From Cyanidioschyzon merolae (taxonomy: Eukaryota): a DNA stretch of 64,000 nt. Of the stretch, positions 55,455 to 64,000 are shown piece after piece. Under the pieces are notes generated by a model. That model did no database searches. It worked only from the letters and a program-made list of their open reading frames with translations, and had not been told where the DNA came from. Numbering within the stretch: position 1 is the first letter of the stretch; each line of letters begins with the position of its first letter. The stretch lies in assembly GCA_000091205.1 (NCBI GenBank), contig AP006493.2; one strand, written 5' to 3'. A program made the translations under genes and the position numbers.

Positions 55455-55969
55455 CCGTAGACTCGTACAACAAGTACACGTCACTCCAGGCGCCTTAGTT
55501 GCGCTCGGGCGTGTGAAGCCGATGTAAACGTGTGCAGGATCCAAGCAATCGACAGTGTCGTCCGCTTCCAAAACGCGTTAGCAGTGCAGTTGCAGCGTCT
55601 ACGCAGTGCCGTTGCGTTCTTTTCGGTTTTCGACACGACGTTTCGATGCGCCATGGATTCCATCCTGCTGGACGGATACTGGTATTCGTGGAAGCGTTCA
55701 TCACCATGTTGCACTCTACTTCCAGGTTCCATGGACCGTAGTTCGTTTCGGAGGAACTGTTATCTTGTTGCTAGTTACTGGATAGTTTATGTTCGTTTTC
55801 CGCACCGTTGCAGCTAGTAAATGGTTTGTTTCTGGGCTTTTTTTTCTCGCGCAGCGAATCGATGCTATCGTATGCTTTTTAGGGACCAGTAGCGTCGCTG
55901 ATGCTGGTGGCAACCCATATCCATCGATCGATAAGGTTGTACACGTCTCAGACAAGAATGGAACGGGTG

Positions 55970-57271
55970 CACTTGGGTAACTCGGGTGTACAGACTCCAG
56001 TTTGGGCTCTCTTTGCTCTGTCATAGACAGAAGCTTATGCAGGACGTTGCTTCTCCGGTATCCTCGTCTTCAAATACGACGGTATCTGGGGTGCCTTCAG
56101 GTCCCTTGTCAGCAGTGGACAGGTACGAACGATGGCAGCGATACCCAAGTGCCGATTGCTCTGCTTCCGGTGCTTATCGACGACGCATTCAATGGACCGG
56201 CAAAAGATGCGACCCGTGCTGCACTTGCCGTTCCCCATGTCCTATGCATCAAGCCTTGACGTACCGTTCGCAGTGCCGGCACTTGACTGCTTGCAGGGAT
56301 TTTCATGCGTCTAGTACATGTCTCATTCTCCGCCGAGGCCTACCCTGCGGTGCTCCAAGCCTGGCTACAGAGCGCTCCACTCGATACCCGCGTTCGATTT
56401 TCGCACCCAGTGCAGTGTCCTAGGAGCACGCGCTTCTTCCAGGCGATTCTCTCAGCGAGTACGCGATCCGCTGCATACGCAAGCGCATACTCTGGTAATC
56501 GATCGGGGGTTTGCGGACTCCGATGCCGTCCCTGATGACGAAACGATCACAGCAGCGAAAACAATGCAGCAAGTTGAGAAGTATCGATGCATCGAGGCTC
56601 CCGCAGTGCAACGCGGTGACGTACGCTCCACTCGAAGCGATTGCTCCAACGACGCTCGTTCGAGTCCGGGTCCCTCGTCGATGCAAACCGCAGAGACTGG
56701 AGTCTCCCGGTGCGTATACCGATCGATGTATCTCGCTGTTGCGGAATGCCGTCTCGTTAACCGTCACGAAGCACAGAGGATTCGTCTTTCAAACGGGACC
56801 GATGATTGTTCGTGACAAGTCCGGTACACTTTGGGGCAGGCGCTTGCGGCCAGGTTACCAAACGACGTCGTCGATACAGGTCTTCATGGTCAGTCCAGCG
56901 GCGCGACTGGTATTGAAACAGATACATCCATGAACGATAATGTGTGATGCTCATTTGCAACACGTCAGGAACTGAGAAGCATTGGAGGCTGCAACGTAAG
57001 CACCGGGCAGTGGTATCGGGTATTCCAGGATCACGCTTGGTGGCGGGCGTTGTAACTCATCGTGATTCCAGTGTCGTACCGAATACTTGCGACAAAGCAT
57101 CGCAGGTCCCGGTCCTGAACCAAGACCCAGAATCCTGAAACGAGGTATGCATCCGGCATTGCATATGATTTCTCCTCGAGTGTCGAGACTGAGCATCCGA
57201 GAAAACGGCTGGTAAGATTTGAAGCCAGAATCACAGCGAGCATTCCAGAGCTTCACTCTAATCTGAGACGC
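55970..57271 (+). repeat. Dispersed repeat family, copy C (full length, ~1.30 kb).
   Basis: Near-identical to copies A and B. It starts ~400-500 bp upstream of the Kelch-BTB gene start. Confidence 0.85.
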
Positions 57272-59882
57272 TTGCGGGTGCTATTCGCAGGCCGCGGCAC
57301 ACGGCGTCAGCAAGTCGACACACAAGTGACGCACGCATGTGTGCGACCTAGAGCTGACTGCCCCACTAGCAAAGAAATGTCGTCTTGTCTCCGCGTTGTG
57401 ATCGCAGGGGCGCATGTAGCTTCGCAACAAGCGCTCGCAGTCGCCGCCGCACGCTGCTTGTGCCAGGATCGATAGCGCACCCATATTTCTGGTGCGGGAT
57501 CTATGCTGGAGCTCTTGAACCGCAGGTGCTTCCAGACGACGACAGCCTTGTCTTCGCTTGTTGCCGAGAATGAAGGCATCGAAAGAAAACTCGGACCCGG
57601 TTCATCTTTTCATACCATGAAGCATCGGAGCCGGCGCTATCGTTGTCGATGTAGCATGGAAGCAGCAGTAACCGCTCGGTGCCTCCGCTCGAGTCAATCT
57701 TCGGCCAGAGGTCTCCGAGCAGGACAACGATCACGGGGGAACCTGTGGATGAGCTGGCGCAGATCCAACTGGAACAATCGTGTTTTATGTCCGCATCACC
57801 CTGTGGATCTGGATGCGCGAACAGCAGCTTACAATCCGCGAGCCTACATTTCGAAAAGAGGTCGAAGAGGTAGCTAGATTGTAACCTGACCGCATGTTCG
57901 TCGACTTGAATCTGCCGATCAAAGGGGTATTCGCTGGTGTTTGGGCAACATTTGCGTGGATACCCGATAGAAAGTCCTGCGTCCATAAATGTTGCATGCC
58001 TCGGGACGCAAATGCCTCCGCATCGCATAGCGTAGTCCACGACAGCCTCGAATCGCACGGCCTGGCTGGTTCTCCCGTATGCAGAACGCAGGCTCTGGAA
58101 TTCGTTTTCGGGACTGCGTCGACACACGCTGCAAGACGGGCTTCCTAGAGGTGCTCCTGAGGGTTTTCGGCAGCCGCTCCACGGGCTCCTGCATCTACAC
58201 CGGAGAATTTATCGTAGTACCAGCTTGCCGATTAGACACTGCTGATCGTGGTGTTCTTCGCCATGACGACGCACGCCGTTTCCGAAGCTCTGCATCACTC
58301 GCAACTTGGAATGTGCATGGATCGAATGCGACGCCTGCGGAGGAACGGGGCTTCTCACGAGAACCGCGCCTCTGCAAGCGCACGCTTCGGGCGTTATGCT
58401 GTGATCCACACAGTTCTCTGCAGCGACAGCACCTGAAAGCAATGCGCCTCGCTCCGGCGAGCGCGCTCCAGTGGTTGCATGGGATGAACGCCACTCCGAA
58501 CAGTCGTGGGCAGAAGCGATCTCCTCAAAGCTTCCGGATGCTGACGGAATTCAGGGTACAATGTCGATAAAACGAACATGGGAACCATGTGCATAGAAAC
58601 GGTGATACAAGACATCTGTTCGGAGCGTCTGGATGCTGGTACCATGGAAGCTGCATCGTCGCTGAAGGAATCCGCGTGTCTCTGAGCACAGAAACGAATA
58701 GCAAGCCTTCTGGGAAACGAAAGCGCATGCCGCGCTGCCAGCAGCGCGCGATTCCGAGAAGCTGGCCATAAATGGACTAAAAAGATTCTAATTCTACAAG
58801 CTTTCCGCGACGTAGCCCCCGGTTGCCGCAAACGTGCGCGCTGAAGTCGCTCTTGCGTTTGCGTTTCTCATGGTGTATCGAGAGCTTCAAGCTTCGATAT
58901 TTTGGTAGTTTCTGTTCTTTCTACCGTAACAGGTAGAAGCAGCTCATGGGATATTTTATATTCCAGGGAGCCTGCATCTCTTAACTAATTTTTCGTTCTC
59001 TTTTCCCTCGACCTCGAGTCTCACTGTTGTCCACGCGAGCGTCGTTGTTACAGGGTGCCAGTCCAGCACTGTTCGCGAAATCGCCTACAGATCGCAAACC
59101 CGGTGTCCGCTGCGGTTTCCTCGGGTTTTCGTTTTCGTCCGGGGTGACGGGTTTCACGGTTAGCCACAGTCAAAGTCCCGGGTGCGGTGGCAGTTGCTAT
59201 TCGCAACGATGGCTTCTCGGAAGAGTCGACCGCTCCCGGCACACGGACTCGAAGTCGGACGTGCGCTGCTTCTAAACCTGCGCGCGACTTGACAAGGCCT
59301 CAGTTCTGTCTCCTTCCAAGTTAAGCGTCCTGAGCACTAGTCCAAGAAACTTGTCCGCTAGACTAGGGTACAAGCTGCTCATCGCGACTGGGCGAAGCAG
59401 ACACCTCTGAAGGTGTCCGAGTGCTTCGCGTTTGACGCACACGTTTCCGACGGTCACCTGGCCTGCGCAGCTGTTCAAATGTAGTAGAAGGCCTAGAGAG
59501 CATCGCGCTGGAGAAGCCGCAGTGTGGAACCGTGCCCGGGAGCAGGCTTCCTGGCTATCGCTGGCAGTCCAGCGTCGTTCGCGTCGGGTACGGCGCCTCA
59601 GTACTTTAAGAGCGGGCTATTCGCATCAATAAGCTTCCGCCCAGGAGGCAGTTTTGCTCGTCACCATCACTCTAAGCGGAAAAGTTTGATCAGTGTTCTT
59701 CAATGCCGGCATAAGAAAAGCCTTCGCTTGACGCCTGTCCAATGGTTTGCTGGCGGGGGCCACGGCACGAGCGCTCCTCAATAGCATGGACTTGCTGCCT
59801 TCGTTTCTTTCTACGAATTAGTTTTCATGAACCGAAACGGATTTCCCCGGAAACGCGACGGCTGCTGGTGAATAGCGGCGCC

Positions 59883-59897
59883 GCCCCCCCCCCCCCC
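59883..59897. repeat. Poly(C) homopolymer of ~15-17 bases.
   Basis: gccgcccccccccccccccagtt in an intergenic region. Confidence 0.9.
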
Positions 59898-61679
59898 AGT
59901 TATCTGGATGCAGCTCTATGGTTGCACCAGACTCTGACTGTTGGCTCCTGAGCCTCAGAGACGTGATTCATGAACACAGCAGCTGTCAGGGTACCGCGCT
60001 CGTTGCGCCTCTATAGTTGCCATGCGGAGACGTAGCGGCTTTTCGTATTCATTGTGGGCGTGAGCCCGATGCAATCAATAGCGGAGTTCCCTGCAACACG
60101 CTCACGGACTGCATCAATACTCGCAAAGACCAACTTGAAGATGAGGATCATGAACGCTTTCAAATCGTTTCTAGGTCGATCACGAGGTGCTGTTGACGAT
60201 ACATCAGGCTCGCAGGAACGCCTGGGTGTACCGGAATGTCGCGGGCTCCGATGCTTCTGCGAGTCAAAGCGGACGCGGTGCACCTCTGACACCGCTCACT
60301 GCTTGTCCGCGTGACGTACCGTTGGCGACTCGTGTGCTATGTATTTCAAGTCGTTCACAGGTTTGCGGGTATGCGCGTGTGCAGACGGCGGATCCTCAAG
60401 CATGCGGCACCGCTTGAGCTCCCGTCCAAAGACTTAAACTACATCAAGTGTCCGACTCGTGGCAAACTCCCACTGCACTACGCGCGTATGCGCCGATCCG
60501 CGGCACCCCCAGCACGTGGCTGACATTCTGCAATGGATGACGTGCCTTGATTGCGTGTAAAGTTGCGCTATAGGATCTGGGATCCTCACTCTGTCAGGAA
60601 TATGGAGGGCAACGCAGTAGATACACGATGAATTTCAACGGACCGCGGGTAGCGAGCACCAATTTGATGGGGTGTTCTGTCCGACGCTTTCGGGGTTTGT
60701 GGAACGTGGCCGGCGCGTCCGTCTCCCATTCGCTGGATAGCGAGCGTCGCTGTATTCATGGACGCTGGCGTTGGACGCACCACGCGCCTTTACGTATTCG
60801 TGTCTCGCTCCCGATGATGGTGCCTGCGGCTTGCGTAAACAGACGCACGCCATCACAGAGTGTGTTAGACCAAAAGCCGCGGTAGCTTTGGTGCGGGTCT
60901 TGGAATCGCTCGACTCGTTCTTCTAAGAATACGAATCGAATCGCATTTCATTTCCCGGGGATGGGCGTTTATATGGATGGTACAGGTCTCACAATGCACC
61001 CATGCAAAGAAGTTGTAAAATTGGAAACATTCAATTGCGACAAGAGTCTACAGAAAACTCGCAACGCGAAAAGCGGCGAAACTTTTGGAGATTCTTGCAT
61101 CTACCATCCATGGCATCCGTTGCCATGGTCGCTGGCACCACCTCTGCGGAAGCTAACGCCCTGTATCGTCGAGCTAGAACCGCAGGGCGGCGTCAATGCA
61201 AACTTGTTCAGGGCGCTACTGGATTCTATCTTCCGGGCGCAAGGTGCGGCTTCTGGCGCTGACCACGGCACAAGCTGATCAGATGACGCTGCAGAGTCCT
61301 CGCGCCAAAATTTGCAAGTCGCACAGCTCTATAGCGATACCCGAGAAGCCACAAATACAATCAAAGATAGAATTCCAAACCACGGGTCGTATACCTTTTC
61401 ACGAAACCTGCAGCAAGCGCGCACACACGCTTCGACATGCGGATTCCGAATGCACTGGGTCGCACCTCTAAACACGCTGCGGCTGCAGCGTGCGAGTCGA
61501 GTGCGCATACACGTGCCTCGAAGGCGTAGGGCTTCCCACCAAAAACCCAGTAGGCGTGCTTAGCTGCCGTGAGCGTCGGCACCGCTGCTCATGGTGGTGT
61601 ACAGGCCGCCGCACCTATAGGTCCCGCACGCACGTTTCTACGGCAACCTAGGCGCGGGCGAATAAACGCATCAGTACGC

Positions 61680-62588
61680 TCACAGAAACTTGTCCCGTGC
61701 CGTCGGTGAGTAGACTCCCCCAGGTGCTGGTCTCGAGAGCGAGGTCTCTCGAAATTTCCCACGCTGACGTTTCCAATACGAAGGGCTCAAAAACGCGAGC
61801 GTCCACCAGAACTGCAAGGCCACCACTACGACAAAGGAGACCTTGGTGGACCAGGCGGCAGCTGGATGCGGGAGCACCTTATAAAATAGGATATAGGGGT
61901 ACCAAACGATGCGTATGCCGAGCCAGCTGGCATAAAAAAGAACCTCAAACACCCAACCGCCTCGAATGTTTCGGCGCAGTAGGAGAAACAGCGTATTCAA
62001 TTCAACAATAAGGATATCCGCGGTTATGGCGGTAAAAGCTAGCGCCAAGGACGCCAGATCCCCGATCTCGAAGCAGCGCGTGGTCACGCGTCGACACTCT
62101 CCAACAAGGTTGGCCAGTCGCAGAAGAGCCGTTGTCGGCTGCATGAGCAACACCATCGCCACAAGGTGATGCACCAGAATGGCCCACGGTTGTTTCACGA
62201 TGTAGGGCGCAAACAGAATCCACATTGTGTCGCTCAAAAAGTACAAGTCAGCGTAGACCACGAGCGTTGCATGCACCCACACACGGTCCGTAATCATGCT
62301 CGCAACAGATAACAGGAAAAGCATGGGGATTTGTGCCATGTTCACATAGTCGTGGATGCGCGCACCCAGCCCAGGCCGCCACACCTCTCGGGTCGCTATT
62401 CGATCCCCGGAGCCAGGTTCGGACGTAGCGTCGGCCCCGTCAGAAGTGATGCCTCTCAACCCCACCATACGAACATTCTCACTGTTCCTGGACTTGTCCA
62501 TGGTTCGCACGCTGTCTCCGGTATACAACGGAGACCTGCGCGTACGCCTCTTCGGTGCTTTTATCGCTGCCGTGCGGAGCGCGCGCAT
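61680..62588 (-). CDS. TLC (TRAM/LAG1/CLN8)-domain-like polytopic membrane protein. The ORF is open to 62687 with TTG; the first ATG is at 62588.
   Basis: Five to six hydrophobic helices (MAQIPMLFLLSVASMI..., ...WAILVHHLVAMVLLM..., ...FVVVVALQFWWTLAFL). The HH motif sits in a helix as in TLC proteins, but no Lag1 catalytic motif is present. Assignment is tentative. Confidence 0.45.
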   Translation of the reverse strand: MRALRTAAIKAPKRRTRRSPLYTGDSVRTMDKSRNSENVRMVGLRGITSDGADATSEPGSGDRIATREVWRPGLGARIHDYVNMAQIPMLFLLSVASMITDRVWVHATLVVYADLYFLSDTMWILFAPYIVKQPWAILVHHLVAMVLLMQPTTALLRLANLVGECRRVTTRCFEIGDLASLALAFTAITADILIVELNTLFLLLRRNIRGGWVFEVLFYASWLGIRIVWYPYILFYKVLPHPAAAWSTKVSFVVVVALQFWWTLAFLSPSYWKRQRGKFRETSLSRPAPGGVYSPTARDKFL

Positions 62589-63154
62589 CCGGGCTGCGCC
62601 TGTGGCACCGCAGCGGCGCACGCGCCACGTAAGCGAAGCGAAGCGTTGCGATGCGTCGCTTGCGCAGGCGGAGGCACGCGCATCCAACGTCCATGCGCGT
62701 ATGAATGAATCATCTTAGAACAAAAAGGGATCTATCTGATCGTTTGCGCCTCAACGCCGAAACGGCGTATGCGGGGATGGGCGCTCGCCCCGCAAGACGA
62801 CGGCCGGCATTGGATAGCGCCAGTGTTCTTGCGTTGGCGGCCCTGTCGTTTACCATTCGGCAAGCAGCTGTAGTGTGTCAGCGGTTTGGGCGGACAACGC
62901 GTCTGGTGTCGCCTGTTGGTAGAGATCTCTGTTGTGCGAACAACTTCTGTTAGCACTGTTTTGCGTGTGTGTGTGAGTGTGAGGCAGCCTGGTCGCGAAA
63001 CACTGGTACGGGCTCTAGCCACGAGCAGCATCGCCGTCCTGAGTAGTCGACAGCGCTCAGGTGTTTTACCTGATAGATTCGGCGCGCTCTGGTTTCAGGA
63101 AAAGTTGCATCCGAGCCAGACAAAATCAATCCTGGAGCGTGGTGTTCGACAACG

Positions 63155-63991
63155 ATGCGAGTTTCCGTGAGCGATCCGAAGGTGTTTCGAGGTCAGGGCT
63201 TGTCGAGTTCGTTACGGCCAGTGTACCGCAAGTCGTGCGCATTGTGGATCAAGTTTGCGGGCATTTTTCTTGCACTGAGCCTGTTTAGCGAATGCTCAAA
63301 CCTAGCGCTCGTCCTCGGCACCGATCATGAGCTGTCCAGGAACGACACGCTTCTGGAGCTCACCAGATACAGCTTTGATCGAAAAGTGAAAGAGTTGCTT
63401 TCAGACCACCCTGCAATGTTGTTACAGGTGTACGCGCCATGGTGTGGGCACTGTCGTCGCTTTGAACCTACTTTGCGCAGAATTTCACAGCAGTTAGCAG
63501 GGGGTTGCCGGGACCCGCCCACACACCCGTGTATCCCGGTCGCCAGAATCGACGGAGATCGCGAAATGGTCCTTGCGCTGCGCCTGGGGGTCTGGGGATT
63601 TCCCTCGTTTTACGGGCTCAGGGCGAATCCGGATAATCCGAATCGACCAGTCGTTCTGTTCTACAATGGCTCACATGATCAGGATGCACTCGTGGCTTTT
63701 GTGGATAGAGTAGCCAAACAGGTGCCCATTGACGCTATACCAGACGCGGTGCGTCTGGATGGGTGGCGTCATCCGTTTGGCGCCATCCTACGGCTGGCCT
63801 CTGCGGGTGTTTTGGCGCCGTATCAGGCGGCAGCGGGGCTCTCCTCACTGATGACGCGTTGGCAGTTCTGGGCTGTATTTGCGGTCGCTCTAACAGGTAG
63901 CCTGCTTTACTGGCGTCGTCGGCGACCATGGATGCCGCGACAATACACGCGGACAGCCACCATGAACGGACACGTGAAAAAACCCCAATGA
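63155..63991 (+). CDS. Membrane-anchored thioredoxin-domain protein (PDI/TMX-like), 278 aa.
   Basis: ATG at 63155. N-terminal signal/anchor IKFAGIFLALSLFSECSNLALVLG. Thioredoxin active site YAPWCGHCRRFEP (WCGHC). C-terminal transmembrane segment FWAVFAVALTGSLLYW followed by a basic tail. Confidence 0.65.
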   Translation: MRVSVSDPKVFRGQGLSSSLRPVYRKSCALWIKFAGIFLALSLFSECSNLALVLGTDHELSRNDTLLELTRYSFDRKVKELLSDHPAMLLQVYAPWCGHCRRFEPTLRRISQQLAGGCRDPPTHPCIPVARIDGDREMVLALRLGVWGFPSFYGLRANPDNPNRPVVLFYNGSHDQDALVAFVDRVAKQVPIDAIPDAVRLDGWRHPFGAILRLASAGVLAPYQAAAGLSSLMTRWQFWAVFAVALTGSLLYWRRRRPWMPRQYTRTATMNGHVKKPQ

Positions 63992-64000
63992 ACAGACGAT

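Noticed and set aside
57501-58127. 208 aa minus-strand ORF in the 57.3-61.7 kb gene-poor region.
   Set aside because: Its first codon is GTG, not ATG, and the first ATG lies 35 codons in. It has no recognisable domain or compositional signature matching the confirmed genes. I left it uncalled.
59883-59897. Poly(C) run as a possible telomere-related or G-quadruplex motif.
   Set aside because: It is a single homopolymer with no tandem telomeric unit around it. I recorded it only as a simple repeat.
1-64000. A prokaryotic or kinetoplastid polycistronic interpretation, suggested by the long intronless ORFs and high GC.
   Set aside because: The genes are on both strands with frequent strand switches and ~0.5-2 kb intergenic gaps. 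The content is eukaryote-specific (BTB-Kelch, RPL23A, MPP-alpha, IBA57). A canonical GTAAGT...TACTAAC...AG intron is present. Mono-, di- and trinucleotide microsatellites are common.

Overview
This window reads as GC-rich (my estimate ~58-60%), gene-dense, intron-poor eukaryotic nuclear DNA, not a prokaryotic or kinetoplastid locus. About 20 protein-coding genes sit on both strands at roughly one gene per 3 kb, almost all as single uninterrupted ORFs. The gene content is plant/algal. It includes a bifunctional 3-dehydroquinate dehydratase/shikimate dehydrogenase and a CpcT/CpeT-type phycobilin lyase carrying a transit-peptide-like N-terminus. Alongside these are nuclear genes for organelle proteins: an inactive HxxET-type M16 peptidase (MPP-alpha), IBA57/CAF17, a DUF1640/Fmp32-like protein, a bacterial-type ribosomal protein S5 and an LpxB-like GT19 glycosyltransferase. 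A cytosolic RPL23A, a six-Kelch plus C-terminal BTB (LZTR1-like) protein, a TLC-domain membrane protein and a WCGHC thioredoxin membrane protein are also present. Together with a yeast-like GTAAGT/TACTAAC intron, this is most consistent with a unicellular red alga of the Cyanidioschyzon type; that organism assignment is an inference only.

Features not explained by the genes:
- A ~1.3 kb dispersed repeat occurs in three near-identical, same-orientation copies, each immediately 5' of a minus-strand gene. Two copies bracket the LpxB-like gene.
- A 123-bp minisatellite of about 15 copies starts ~110 bp upstream of the DHQD-SDH start codon.
- One spliceosomal intron splits the MPP-alpha gene.
- A ~150-bp element is conserved in two intergenic regions about 5.6 kb apart.
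- A ~60-bp tandem repeat lies upstream of the CpcT-like gene.
- Four very large low-complexity orphan proteins (982-2950 aa) carry coding trinucleotide repeats.
- The supplied ORF track appears to accept GTG/TTG starts, so several gene 5' ends were re-placed at the first in-frame ATG.

I found no rRNA, tRNA or CRISPR array.
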